Assembly: GCA_964019335.1 (NCBI GenBank)
Contig: OZ025676.1
Coordinates: forward strand, 559,746-623,745
DNA from: Diplonema japonicum
Taxonomy: Eukaryota > Protista > Euglenozoa: Diplonemea
Length of the DNA stretch: 64,000 bases
Direction of reading: 5' to 3'
The notes beneath the pieces were generated by a model, which was given only the letters and a program-made list of their open reading frames with translations, did not search any database and was not told where the DNA came from. Positions 20,760 to 33,413 of this stretch are shown one piece after another. Position numbers and translations under genes: made by a program. Each line of letters begins with the position of its first letter. Positions within the stretch are counted from its first letter, which is position 1.

Positions 20760-23611
20760 CTAAGCGAACTCTGGGGGGCTGGCGATGTTCAACTTGCGAG
20801 GGTTCCGGTTGCAGCCTTTGAGGAGATGCTCGTCCCAGCCGAGGTCACCGGGGCCAATAGTTTCCTTGCACAGCACACAAATGTTGCGTGTATCGGAAGG
20901 TGGGCTGCAGGCTGCTTTGTTGAGGTGGTCTTCGTACTCATCTTTAGGGACGGCCTCTAGACAGTTGGGACACTGCTTCATAGCATCCCTGCTCGCACAC
21001 TCCATGAGCCAGTGATCTGTCAGTAGCATGATCTCTATGACCTGTCCACACAGGTGGCATTGGTACAGCATGGGGCAGCTGTGCAAGTAATGTCTGTCGA
21101 GTACTTCCACAGTAAATCTAGGGTCCTGTTTCTTGCAGAACTGGCACACCGTCTCCTCTATGATTTCTATGGGGTCAGGTTGGGGTCGCTTTTGAGGGGA
21201 TTGGGATTGTGCTGCCCTTGCTGCCCTGAGTTGCTGCTTCATCTAAAGGAAGTTCGATGTGAGTCAGGCATACCTGGTCGTTCCCATCCACCGACATGCT
21301 TGAGTTCATCATCTCTCGTTCAACTGGAGAAAGATGTGTTTGCGGCTCCCCGTCCTGTGTTGTGCGTTGTTGTGAACAAATACAACCACCTACCTCACAT
21401 TCTTTATCGATAACTGCCTTAAGCGCAGGCTTCAAATCTTGAATATGTTTTGCAACGTTTTTGTGTCCGCCTTGCTGATGCAGCTTCGCTATCATTTTAA
21501 TTCCTGCCTCTCGCGCCTCGGGGTTTGGGTGGTTAACTGCCGGCAGTGCTAGCTTAGTCATCATGGAGTCAATCGTCAATACGTGGCGTACCTCCTTGCG
21601 ATGGATTCCGAACTTGTCAATTAGGAGGGACACGATGGTTACCCTGTGCTTGTGCTTGTGATTGTGAAGTTCGTGCATACCTTGCGAGAAGAGGGCGCCA
21701 CAGGTGTTGACTCACCTTTTTCTTGGATGGTTGTTCTGATTCGTGAAGAGCTATAGAAGACACCTTTTCAGGACCGTATACAGGGGCGGTGGCAAGGAGC
21801 ATTAAGAGCTCCGTTGCCAGCTCTCGGGTGCGTTGGTTGCTGTCAGCTGCCTTCACAACAAGTGCCGAGGCGATCTGGTGGAAAGCCGGCTGGGTTGCAT
21901 GGGGAGGGTTGCTCTCTACAATGACACGCACGGCCTCGAGGCTGCCGGTGACCACGCCGTTGACGGCGTCGTTGAGCCCATTGCCCTTGGAGGTCAGCTG
22001 CCGCATGAGCAGCACTGTGCATTGAGTGTGGTCGCTAGGGAAGGGACACGCATCGCTCGCAGCAGAAATCTTTCCCGCAAGTGCTTTGATGGCCGCCTCT
22101 CTGGCTTGCCACTTCTTCGAGAACAAACATTTTGTCGCAAATGGACCAAAGCAGCTACTGAACTCGGTACAGTTCCTTTTCTTTGCATCAGTCAGCTCTT
22201 CGACACCAGCCGACTCCGGGTGCACCGCCACCACCCTGTCGTACACGTCTTTCTCCCAGTCCGCCATTGACTTTTCATCGGCAGTTTTTCGCAAGGCCGC
22301 TGCACCAGCATCAGGCGTGCCGTTCCTATGAGTGTTGAAGGGATCGTCGGTGTTGACGATCTTCTCGATGTCCCACCAGGCTTTCGATGATTGATTGTGC
22401 TCTTCTTCCTCAGGCAGCTCGGATGGGAGGTTCGAGAGGTAGGCTTTAGAGATGGCAGGCTTCTCTTCTATACCGCTGGCTAGCATGGGGCGAGGCTGCA
22501 AAGGTGGTGGTGCTTCATGTGGATTAGTGAGCTCCGGTTCAGCCCTTGCAACAGGGGACGGCAAAGGAGTGCTATTCGACAGAGGCGGTAGGGGGTTCGA
22601 ACCCAGAGGCAGCGGCGTCGATGGCGCTGTGTTGGGAGCACCCTGCCCCCCCATAGGTGGCAAGCAGACTGGCTGCGGTGGTGGTGGCATACTCTCGTTG
22701 TTCGCCACATTAGAGTGCCCCACACCTTGGGCAGACGACCGCAGCTGGTCTATTTGCGTCTTCAGCGCTTTCGCAAGGTCGTAGTCTTCCTGCTGCACTG
22801 CCTGTTTCTTCTGGTTCTCGAGGAGTAGTAATTTGCTCGCGACTTGCTTCAGCGAATCTATCATGTCCTTCATCTTCTTCGCTGTGTCATAATCCTCCTC
22901 CTGCACCGCCCGTTGCTTGATGACCGTCATCTCGCGCATCTTCTTCTGCGTGATAGGGTCGAACTGGATGCCGTACCGCACATCGTCGTTGATGTCTTTT
23001 GCTGCGGGCTTCATCTCCGCGAGGTCGATCGAAGGCTCGCTGTGGTCCATAGGAGGGGCCCCCGTCTCGAGGGAGTAGGGTGTGGGTGATTGGTTGTACA
23101 GTTGCCCTACCCTACCAATCACATTAAGAGCTACCAGACCCACCTGGTTGTAGTAATTGTATGGGTTAATGTGGCACTTGTGGAGAAGCAGCCTCAAGTA
23201 CAAAGCCGTGCAGTTCACGTGCACCATTTTAAGCTCACGAGACATGTAGTCCGTTGCCTTGTTTGTCGAAAGAACGAAGTATCCCAGACGCTTCCATTTA
23301 GCTTCTTCGGGAGAGTAGTAGACCTGAGACCTGGAAGATGTGGTGGTGGGTTCGGAAACGAAGACCTCGACCTTCGTAGACACCTTGCTGGCGTGCGAGA
23401 GGTATTGGATCTGCTCAACGAACGTGTCGCCCTTTAACCGTAGTACGAGCTCCTGTGGGTATTCTGAGAATTTTGGACTCGTCCACCCCTTAGTTTGGTT
23501 TGTATGCTGGTGCAGTTCTGCTGCGGGGTAGTTCTCATCCTCCCCAGTGCAGGACACCACGTCGAAGCCGACGCGCTTCTCCGGATGCACGTTGCCATTG
23601 TGCTGGGTCAT
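20760..23611 (-). CDS. CEP104: Centrosomal protein CEP104 (jelly-roll, UVR, TOG, C2HC fingers), about 3 short introns near the 3' end
   Basis: KGWTSPKFSEYPQEL, RELKMVHV, NYYNQVGLVALNVIG; AVQEEDYD repeats; FSKKWQAREAA; CQFC...LDRHYLHSCPML fingers. Confidence 0.92.
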
Positions 23612-23733
23612 CCCAGTCCTGTAGTGCTTATGTGCTATGGTGTCAAGCAACAAATTGATAAAAGTCTGTGTTGGGGGGGGGGGGGGGGGAGGCAAAACTC
23701 TATGCTATTTGGCTCTAAAAAAAGTAAACAAAT

Positions 23734-24348
23734 CTACTTCTTAGCGGGACTAGAAGTCAAGAACGTGCACGGCTGTCCACTGTCGTTTATAAACAGATAT
23801 GCCCCATCCTTGTTTTTCTTCATAGGTGTCAAAGGTTCGTAGTCATCGCCTGCGATTATCTTCCGAACTTCCCAGTGAAGCTTCCGACGGCGCGACTCTT
23901 TCGTGTGTAGGTATTTTTTTTCTCCGTCCACGTTGTGTTGATAAGAACCAACAGGGTCGGAGCGGTAGATAAACTGGTCGGTGCGCAAGGCGGCTTGTTG
24001 GCGCTTATCGCGACCTCCCTCGTTCCTGTGAAGCCTCGTCCTGAAGTCCTCATGTCTGGCCCACGCCTGCTTGAGCTCAGCATGCTTCCGTTGTCTGTCT
24101 GTCTTCACGAAACCTTGACCCCTTTTCAAGTTCGCGTCCCATATCACCCCAGATGAGTCCCGCTTCACCAACCCATATTTTGTCCTCACCACCTCCGCCT
24201 TTTCCTCAACCTCTTTTGTCTCGTTCTCTTTCCGCTGAAGCTCTTCTAGTGCAAGCTTTTCTCTCAAGTGGTCAATGTACTCGTCTGATGCACTCATAAC
24301 GCCCATCCCCTCAAGGATACTGCGCAGCTTTTGTGTACTCGGCTCCAT
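23734..24348 (-). CDS. HYLS1-like centriolar protein
   Basis: RSDPVGSYQH...RRKLHWEVRK resembles the HYLS1 box (TDPVxxY...RKxLRWxVR). Confidence 0.55.
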   Translation of the reverse strand: MEPSTQKLRSILEGMGVMSASDEYIDHLREKLALEELQRKENETKEVEEKAEVVRTKYGLVKRDSSGVIWDANLKRGQGFVKTDRQRKHAELKQAWARHEDFRTRLHRNEGGRDKRQQAALRTDQFIYRSDPVGSYQHNVDGEKKYLHTKESRRRKLHWEVRKIIAGDDYEPLTPMKKNKDGAYLFINDSGQPCTFLTSSPAKK

Positions 24349-24438
24349 CTTTAACTACCTAGGAAGGATAGACTGTTGAACAACTGACACAAGATACCTA
24401 ACAAATTAACGAAAAGAAGCAGGCATGGAAACGCCTGT

Positions 24439-25503
24439 CTACTCACTGACAACAAGCATAGGGAGCGCAGGCTGCTTGCCGTGCATTTCGTTGATGATGA
24501 GCCGCGACGTGGGATGCATCGGGCCAAGGAGGTTCATGGCCACGGTGTGTGCTTCGGCAAGATCTCGCTGTGCTGAGGACTCGAGGTGGTTGCAGGCCTT
24601 GAAAGAGGTCTTGATCTTGTAGAGTGCGTGCAAGGTGAGGATGTACTGCTTTACAGTGTCCTGAGGTGCGCTGTTGTCAGTCTCGAGGGAGGTGGTAACA
24701 GTGCTTTCTAACATCTTGGCTGCTTTGAGACAAGGCAGCAGCGAGTGCGATGCCTCTCCCGAATGGAAGAGGGAGATCCCGAAGTTAAGCAGTGTTGCAG
24801 GGGATGTCTTGCCCAACACGTCCTCCAAGTCCAGGGCATCACTGTACGCTGTTAGCGCTTCGTGGTACTTGCCGCTGTTGTGGCGTAGGCAGCCAGTGTT
24901 GTTTAGAGTCACGGAGCGCAGTAGAAGCCGCTCGTCTTCACTGCTGAAGAGTTGTGCGTGGTCCTCACAGGTGAATCTGTCCGCCACTTCCAGAAGGGCG
25001 TTCGCTTTCAGCAGGTTAGCTGCTTTTTGTGTGTTTATACACTCGATGCTCTGCCTGTTCCATCCCATTATGACTTCGGGCGTCACTTCAGAAGGGAGGA
25101 CGTTGATGTGCTGTGGCATGGGGTGCTTCCGCCGCCTGTCCCTTTCCGTCTGACGCTTCCTGATGTGAGCTGAGTAGGCAGACTTCAGGTGCCTCCTCGT
25201 GCACATGTCTTTTTCGGGGTCTTCTTCATCTTCGCCTTGCTGCGCGGACTTCCTGGCCAGCTTGCCACGAAGCTCACGCTGCTCATCCCTGTTCAGAGCC
25301 AGCTCCCCTTGCCGCTCCTTCACGTACAGTCCCCAGTAGTCCCGCATGGCAGCCAGCACTTCATTGTGAGCTTCTTCTTCTTTCTTCGTCTTTGCGTTAC
25401 TTATCTTCTTCAACTGTTTCCTTATGTCTGCATCCCGTTGCTGTTCTATCTTCCGCAACGTGCGCTGCTTGTCGCGCACCTTAAGCAGTGTGCTGACCCC
25501 CAT
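24439..25503 (-). CDS. TPR-repeat protein
   Basis: VTLNNTGCL...YHEALTAYSDAL and ATLLNFGISL TPR motifs; LGPMHP. Confidence 0.8.
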   Translation of the reverse strand: MGVSTLLKVRDKQRTLRKIEQQRDADIRKQLKKISNAKTKKEEEAHNEVLAAMRDYWGLYVKERQGELALNRDEQRELRGKLARKSAQQGEDEEDPEKDMCTRRHLKSAYSAHIRKRQTERDRRRKHPMPQHINVLPSEVTPEVIMGWNRQSIECINTQKAANLLKANALLEVADRFTCEDHAQLFSSEDERLLLRSVTLNNTGCLRHNSGKYHEALTAYSDALDLEDVLGKTSPATLLNFGISLFHSGEASHSLLPCLKAAKMLESTVTTSLETDNSAPQDTVKQYILTLHALYKIKTSFKACNHLESSAQRDLAEAHTVAMNLLGPMHPTSRLIINEMHGKQPALPMLVVSE

Positions 25504-27817
25504 CAAGCTGTACTGGGTGACAAGAGATAAATAAAAAAGGAAAGCAATAAATAAATACAAGCAAGCAGCAACGAAAGAAACTTAACAGAAACGCAGAGCA
25601 CTAGTGGTGGTTGGGACAGCACCGCCTTAAGGGCCCCGGTGGTGGGTTTTTTGTCAGCCACCCATCACCTATACTAAGCGTTTCAGTTTTTTTTTTTTGT
25701 TTTGTTATGTATTGTTTAACTTTTTTTTTTGTTTTTTTTTCTTAAAATCCTTCGTAGCAAGGTTCCTCTGTCCCTCGTCCGGTCTCGTGAGATGGGTACC
25801 TGGTCCTGGCAGGCTTGGGGGAGTTGCTTGAGCCTGCCCTAAATAAGTGTTTCAAAAAAAAAAGGAAAAAAAAAGAGAAAAAAAAAACTTCACATGGGTG
25901 AATGAAGGAAAGGGACAAGAGAGGCAGTTTTTTGAAACACTTTAGAGCAGGACGAGCGTTCCCTGAGGTAGCTGCTGTTCTTACCAGTTAAGGTGACCCA
26001 ATTGGGCGTGAGGCACGGCGAGTGGTGTTAGATGTGACAGACAGGGTAAAAGGAAGGTTTTTGTGTCATAAACACAAAGAGCGAAGCCAAATTGAGCAAA
26101 ATCGGAGGAAAAGATTTTTTTTTAAAAAAACGATTTTTATTTTTTCGTGTTCATTTGTTGTTTCATCTGATGGTACCAATATATTAAAATAAATAAAATA
26201 AAATAAAAAAACGACATAAAAAGACAATGCTAAAAATCAAAGACATGTTTCTTAAATATCATTGAATTTTTTTAGGAAAAATAAATTCACATAGCATTCA
26301 AGCCATCAAAGATAGAATGTTAAAGTGGAAAAAAAATGTTATAAAAAAGGGAGAGGAATGGCTTAAAGTCTTTTTAATTAAAAAAATTATTGTGTTTTTT
26401 TGTTTTTTTTTTCGGGGGTAAAACGAGCAGGGGAACAGGGAAAAGTGTGCAACAAAACAGAAAGGGTATTCGTCACCGTCTGTTTTTTTTTTTTTGCACA
26501 ATGGGAGAATATGGTTTCTTTTTTTTTTTTTTGTTTTCTGACTTCTTTTATTTTTATTTCTAACTTATCACAGAAAAGTAAAACACCCTCCCTTTTTATT
26601 CTTGTTAAAGCAATTCAAGTGAGGGGGGAAAGGGGAGAAACAACGTCATTTTTTTGACTTAAAATAGGAAGGGTGTAGTAGCCGAAAACAAAAAACCTTT
26701 TTTTTTTCGAGTTTTTTTTTTTCTCTTCTTTTTGAAGGGCAAAAAGAAAAAAAATTGAGCGAAGCAGAAAAGTTTTTTTTTCTTCAAAATCTTCCTACTT
26801 GATTGTCACAACATCACCTCGTAGCACCTTTAAAATTAATGTAATTACAAGGTCCCAGATGACAGCCTCACAGCGATCCCGCAGAGAGTAAGAAAGAAGA
26901 AATGAGGAAAATTGGAAATGAAAGATGTCTTTTTCTTTTTTTGTTTTGGAAAAAAGACGGGGTTCTCTTCCCTTTTTTTCAAGGAAAGTACATCGGGGGA
27001 GGAGGATGCATGCAAAAATTTGCAATTGATGTGGTAAGGAAAAAAAAAATGTTAAAAAAAAAACAAAAGAATTAGAATAAGTTAGGGATCATTTCTTACG
27101 CGCAGTGCGCGAGCAGAGGGTAGCAAAATCAAAAGATAAACATAATAAAGTAGACAATACGTGTTCCTGTTCAAAAAAAAAAAAAAAAAAAAAAAAAACA
27201 GTTCTAATTTGCAAAAAAAAAATCTTTTTTTTTTGGTGTTGTCATTTTTTTTTTCTCAGGTTAAAAACGAAAGGGAAGGGGAAAATCTGGTTACAGAAAA
27301 AAAGAAGGTAGAGAAAAAAAAATTCATTATGACTGATGGGGTGTTAGAAAAAAAAAGAGAAAAAAAAGCGAAATAAAACCCTGGATCAGACCTCCCAGAT
27401 TGTTGACTATAACTGCAAAGCTATATATATAAGTGCTCCTGCCGTAGCCACCTACAACAGCCCCTTTTCGCGCTGATCGCCTTTCATTTCTCCTTTTCCT
27501 CCAGTTGCTTACTTGGTAAGGGAGAAGGATGAAGATCAAAATAAGCTCCAAAAAGAAAAGGGAGAAAGTAAAGACATCTTCGCGTGTGGGGGCACAGTAA
27601 GTACCACGGCCAGCAGTTTATAGCACAAACGTGAGACTAAAACGAGAGTTTTCGTGAAAAAAGGGGGGAGGAGGGAAAAGGATGTAGTTTCTTTGTAAAG
27701 TTTTTTATATTTGTTACATCTTTGCTTCTTTTTTTTTTTCCTTTTTTGATTCCCTTTTGGTGTTCCTTTACCCCTGAGAATAAATGACTTAGAACTGATT
27801 TTGATTTCATGATTTGC

Positions 27818-28864
27818 TTACCCGCTGCTCTCGTCATCGCTTGAGGGAATTGAGGGAGAGCTGTACTTGCTGCCATACTTCTCCTGCCGTTGGAATTTGA
27901 AGGATCTGGGCCAGAACTCGTGATAGGCGATAACAGTAGACAGAACAGACCGGGGGCCCCTTGAGGTAGGCACCCGCCCTGCAAGGTCTGACTCGGTGCA
28001 GGTCATCTGCGACAAACAACACTTCAGTGTCAAAGTCAGCTTTGTCAGCAGCTGTTCCGGCGCCCCCAGCAAAAGGTTGCCACCTTCAATGGGGTCCATA
28101 ACAACGAAAGGCGCGCCCATGGGGCCGGGGAGCATAGGCACAATGCCTTCCGGTCTGGTCACGTCCACCATGTGCGTCTTCCTGTTGAATGACTCGCAAA
28201 TGTACTTCACGAAGCCCTTCAGGAACTCGCCTGGGGTCTGCGTCGTTTCCCCTTGCAGCTTGCTGTACCCCAGCACGATCAGCAGGAACGTGCTGGCCTT
28301 GAAGTTGTCATCAATAATCTTGCATGACTCCAAGATAGTCGTCAGGACGAAAGCTGTCAGGTCAGCGTTGGTGTGGTACCGCAGCTCCTTCTTGAGGTAG
28401 GATGTGAGGGCTCTGTGGTACGACTTTGTGTCCTGTGTGAAGAAGACGTCTGTGGTGATGTCCTCAATCTTGAGCGAGAGGTGGTCGCTGCTCACGATGT
28501 TGACCTCGCTCTCCTTGAAGTCGTTGCAGAGCCCGCTCATCGCCTCCTGCACGTCCTCTACATCCTCCACCACAAGAGCGATGCCCTTTGTGAAGGGTGC
28601 CATTCCATACCCGTGTTCGCTGCACAGCTTGACTGTCGATTTGGGAGAAACCCTCATGATGGTCGCCTGCACGGCGCTGCGCACAGTGCTCCTCACAGCA
28701 CACTCCTCACCGCGAGGCACCATGAACTGTTTGAACAGCTGCATCTCACCCCCCAGCGTCAACCCCACCACATCGCTTGCCCACGGTGTCCCTGCGATGT
28801 CCGTCGGTTCAGTCCTCTTGCTTCCGCAACCGTCCCTCTTTTTCTGGAATCTCTGAGCGCCCAT
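27818..28864 (-). CDS. Trf4/non-canonical poly(A) polymerase-like protein, degenerate catalytic motif
   Basis: PW...L..E...F..FM.P...E...R N-terminus and VMDP...NL PAP-associated motif; GS...DxD region replaced by SE...GIA. Confidence 0.6.
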   Translation of the reverse strand: MGAQRFQKKRDGCGSKRTEPTDIAGTPWASDVVGLTLGGEMQLFKQFMVPRGEECAVRSTVRSAVQATIMRVSPKSTVKLCSEHGYGMAPFTKGIALVVEDVEDVQEAMSGLCNDFKESEVNIVSSDHLSLKIEDITTDVFFTQDTKSYHRALTSYLKKELRYHTNADLTAFVLTTILESCKIIDDNFKASTFLLIVLGYSKLQGETTQTPGEFLKGFVKYICESFNRKTHMVDVTRPEGIVPMLPGPMGAPFVVMDPIEGGNLLLGAPEQLLTKLTLTLKCCLSQMTCTESDLAGRVPTSRGPRSVLSTVIAYHEFWPRSFKFQRQEKYGSKYSSPSIPSSDDESSG

Positions 28865-29313
28865 TTTAATGTTAATGTGTTTAAGAGAAAAGGTAGTCTG
28901 GGTGTAAAGGTAGTCTGGGTGACTTCAACAAGGAATGAGAAACAGCATCAGAAAAACAGTAAAAACAAGAAAAAGACAAGGACTGTAACTCTAACCGATG
29001 GGAGGCTATCCCTCTGCTGCAACCACTCTGAAAGGTGCACGCAACAAGGAGATCCTCAAGGCTTATATGACGTTGGCGCCGGATGCCTATATGCCACGGC
29101 AGACGGGGCGGGGGATGGGAGGGATAATTGACAACAAAAGGACATTTTTTTTTTATTCCCATTTTTAAACATATTTTTTTTGTTTTCCCACTATTTTATT
29201 AACAAATAACATTTTCCATCTTCCTTACACGTCCAAAAAGGTTAGTTTGCAGCGAAGGTGTTTCCTCTATAATAACTATCCCAGGATCCTGGAGCCATCG
29301 TCGGCACTGTGTT

Positions 29314-32300
29314 CTAAAGAACGATATTGCGCTGCCTCGGTGTGCGTGACAGATCCTCAAGGGGCGCATGTGCTGGTGAGCGGTGCTTTGTGGGGTGGTA
29401 TGTAGGGGGGCGCTGCTTCTGAGGAATGGCATCCCAGTCTGGAGTGTAGTCGGAGTACTCCGAGGTACCCTCCTCAGAGAACATAGGGAGCATGAACGCA
29501 CGCCTCCCATCCACGATGGTCCACCAGTTGACACCCTTCTCTTGTTGTGAAAGCTCCGACTCCAAAGAGAGAATCATACGTGAGAACTCCATGTTCCAGA
29601 TGACATCAGCCTCGCCTCTGATCTCCTCATAGGTCGTTGACATCATGGCAACAAGCAGGTTCATCAGGATGCTCGTCACAAGGATAGAATACAGCGACAT
29701 CAGGAAGTACGCAACGTTAGGGTAGGCTGACTGGTCCCGCCCGATGTCAGGTTGGACCTCCCCCAGCACAACTTCAAAACTTGTCTTCAAATGCGAAAAG
29801 AAGACCATGCTGTTCTCAGGGTCTGTGTCCAGTATCAAGTGGAAGGCCTGGGTGAAGCCCAACTGGAAGGTCAGGAAGATAACCAAGAACTGCAGCATGT
29901 CGTTGGACAGCATCTTCCAAATCATGATGATGAAGGGTCCTGTCTGCTTGAACCCCAGCATCAGCCACAACACATAACTCCACAGCAGCAAAGCAGAAGC
30001 AGCACCCAATAAGTCCTCCAGGGGGCTGCCGTTGTACCTAAACACGTAAGACAGTAACGTCGTGAGGCAGAAGAAACTCGACAGGATGTTCTCCAGCAGC
30101 ATTGCACCCTTTACACCGAAGTACCCATTCAGACCTTGCTCAGACAGCTCCGATAACTCCCTCTTGCCCTTGTGCAAGGCGCCGAAGAAGACACCCATGT
30201 CCGCTATCTTTTCAAAAACTGAGGCCTTCGACATGTAGTACGCTATGCCCTCGCACATTATGTACTCTTTCCAACTCTCCAGTGCGTTATAGGGCTGCTT
30301 TAGGATGTTGTTGTCGAACATAGCTGTGTACTGCCCTGCGCACTGCTGCTCTCCCGACGAAGTGCCCTTTTCTCTGAAACCCGCAACTGTGAACATTAAC
30401 ACGTAGCACAGGAGCGTGGCAATACGCTTCAAAAAGATTCTCTTCACATAAGCATTCCATTTCTGAGTCAGAAAGTTCCTGATGAGAGGCAACGCCAGAA
30501 GCTGCATGTGCTGGTTCTCGACAAGGAGCTCCAGGATGGAAGGCCTGCCCTCGTTGGTAGAGATGGTCTCGATTTCATCGATGAACACCGCACGGTAACT
30601 AGCAGGGCCGAAGGTCCACCTCGTCAGTGTATTTATCTCAAGCAGGTGTGTGAATATTTCAATATGTCCCCTCTCGGCAGCCAGGGTGAAGGGTGTCAAC
30701 TTCGATTTGTTGACACACGTCGTGAGGCCGCACTCGTAGAACGCAGGTTTGTGCTGAATGCATAATGCCTCCACAAATTTATACATCTCAGGTAGATTAT
30801 GCCATACACACATGTGCAGCACTGTGTTGCCGTCGAGGTTTCTCTCATCCAGCATCTCTTGCTTGCTCTTTCCTAACCTCGTTTCCGCAAATTCAAGCAG
30901 GTACAGCACCATGTCGGGCTGGTTGCTGGTGATGGCAAACATCTACGAAATAGTGAGCGTATGATAACTCTTCGTGCATACCAAGGGGGACTCGCCATAG
31001 TAAACGCCATTATCGCCACCTCTAAAAAAAAGGCCCGTTGCCCTTGCAAGTACTGATTTAGGGTAGGCTTCACACAGCAAACGTGCCATTCTCATGTCAC
31101 GCGCAAGTACTGCAAAATGGAGTGCCAGCTCCCCGTCGAAGGCTTCCGTGGTGTATGTGTCGGCAGCCAGCTTCGGGTCATGCTGAAGGAGCCAAACTGC
31201 CATCTCTTGCTTTTTTGGGCCATTCATCAACAAGCACACCAACAGAGGCGTAGCACCAAAATGGTCCCTCACCTTGGTCTTTACAGGGTTGCGTCTGATC
31301 ACATCCTTCATGCCCTGCACGTCATCTTGCACGATACGCTGTGCGTGGTGTGTCATAATCCCGGCATACCTTGAACACAGGTTCTGTTTCCCACGCTGTC
31401 TGCTGTGAGTCGAGCTGGTCGTCTAAATCCCTCTCCTGCAGCAGGCCCACAACCTTCAGGATGCTATTCGAAAACTTCTCGACGATCGCCTTCAGTTTCG
31501 GTTTGGGTTTTCCCTCAGCAACTATCTCCCTTACCTTGGCAAGGCGTTGTCTGTCTAGTTCCCGCTGCTTGTGGATTTCCTCAAACATTTCACTGTATTT
31601 CGTCTTAATTGCTCCAGTGAGAGTCTGCAGCTGCACGATGTCATCTGACTTGACACCTGTCGTGAGCAGCAGCTCATCGAGCCCTCCTAATACGGACTCC
31701 AGGGTGATCATTTTATTCCTAGCCTTCTCTTGCTCGTGTTTGTCGATCGCCATGTCAACCACGTTGTCCCAGCCGCAAGACTTCAGTGATTTGAAGGACA
31801 TCCTTGCCTTGTGGCCGCGGAACATCCTTTGGATGTTCGTGACTGCCTTTTCAAGTTCGTGAATCTCGTGTGGTTCCATTCCAGAAAACTTTTGCAGTGT
31901 AGCAGAGTCATAGTTGGGAATAGCCTCCTCTGTTATGCGTGGAGTATCATTGGACACCACGTCAGGGTCGTAAGTGACGTGCACAGTCTCGCTGGGAGAG
32001 CAAAGGCGGATACTCGACCGTGAGGGTACCGGCGACGGGGACGGGGACGGAGTAGTCAACTTTGGGCGAGGGGACAGCCTCCCTAAGACGCGAGTGGGGG
32101 ATGCAGAGGTAAGAGGCAGAATCCTTGCCTCGATGCGTCGCAAGACATAACACGACGCACTTAGGATCTCCTCCGAGGTGCCTTTGTCGGCAACGCTGAC
32201 AGTGTCTTTCCGCCTCTCGCTCCAGTAAGTAGTCAGAGGAAGGGATCCAGTCACAACTTCCTTCACTTTGTAGGCCCATCCCTCGGTTCTTACCTGATTG

Positions 32301-32563
32301 TATCCTTTCACTTCTTGTCTCCCACCAGCAACTAATGCATGATCTTGAAACACAGGACTCCATAGTTGGATGAGAGGAACCAGCCCTTCCTGTGCTTCTT
32401 TGAAGACATGCCCAACAGACCTAATAAACTTGTATTGCTGCTGCGCTGCTTCGTCCTTGCCGCTCTGCGTCGCTACCAGCATGTGATCGTTGGAGGCTGC
32501 ATTCCAGTAAAGGTCAAGCTGCACCGTCTCTGAGGGCTCCTGAGGGCTGACACCTCGCTCCAT
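29314..32563 (-). CDS. TRPV-like ankyrin-repeat cation channel with N-terminal repeats and IQ motif, 2 short introns
   Basis: GELALHFAV, YYGESPL, GNTVLHM, LTPFTLAA ankyrin repeats; TGPFIIMIWKM, ILMNLLVAMM, IWNMEF; three ORFs joined by GTATG...AG introns. Confidence 0.9.
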
Positions 32564-33096
32564 GGAAGGGGACCTCCCGTGTGTACTATGAGGGTAGTTG
32601 CAAGTGGTACTTGGGTTGTATAGGAGAGCAGAAAGCCAAGGAGATAAAGTGGAAGAAAGGAAGCCAAACCGGCAAGATACTGCAGGTAACCAAGAAGCAA
32701 ATGTCACAACACAGGAACACATGCATGTCCCGTTTGTTTTGTTTACTGTGGAAAACACTATAATGGCATTCTGCAGATGTACTTCCGCTAAAGCAATCTA
32801 AAGGGAAGAAATATAGTCCGAACCGCTGCTTTTTTAAACTCATTACTACACCCCTCCCCCCTCCCCTTTTTTCTTCTTTTCTTTCTAACCCTTCAACCCG
32901 TCACCACCATCCCTGCGGGGCTAAGCTTCGAACAAAGCAAGGGACGGCAAGCCCACGACCGACGGGTTTCGAGGAGCACAGCACTTTAAGGAGGAGGAGA
33001 GAAAACCAACTTTACTTTTTTCTTTTTTTCTTTTTAAAAAGGGGGGCTTTCAGAAAATGGGGAACACTTGGGGGTGTGAGAAACTCCTCGTGCTAG

Positions 33097-33378
33097 CTAA
33101 TATTCGGTCTGTGCGTGTTAATTTTTTTTTTCTTGCGATAAAACAATACCAATGAAGCATCCCTGTCTTTCATCTGGCTCTGACCCTGGAAGTTCATACC
33201 CTGCAATAGTTGACTGCGACTGCTTTGCATACCGTGATGGGGTTCATCAACATGGGCGTGGTGGTGGATTGTGGCAAGAATTGCGTCACACGCTGCTGGT
33301 ACAGCTGCTGGTTGTAAGCGGCAGCGGCTTGAGCAGAGGCCTGCGAAGGCTGTGTGGGTTTCATGGCCTGGTGTGGTT

Positions 33379-33413
<35 letters not shown>

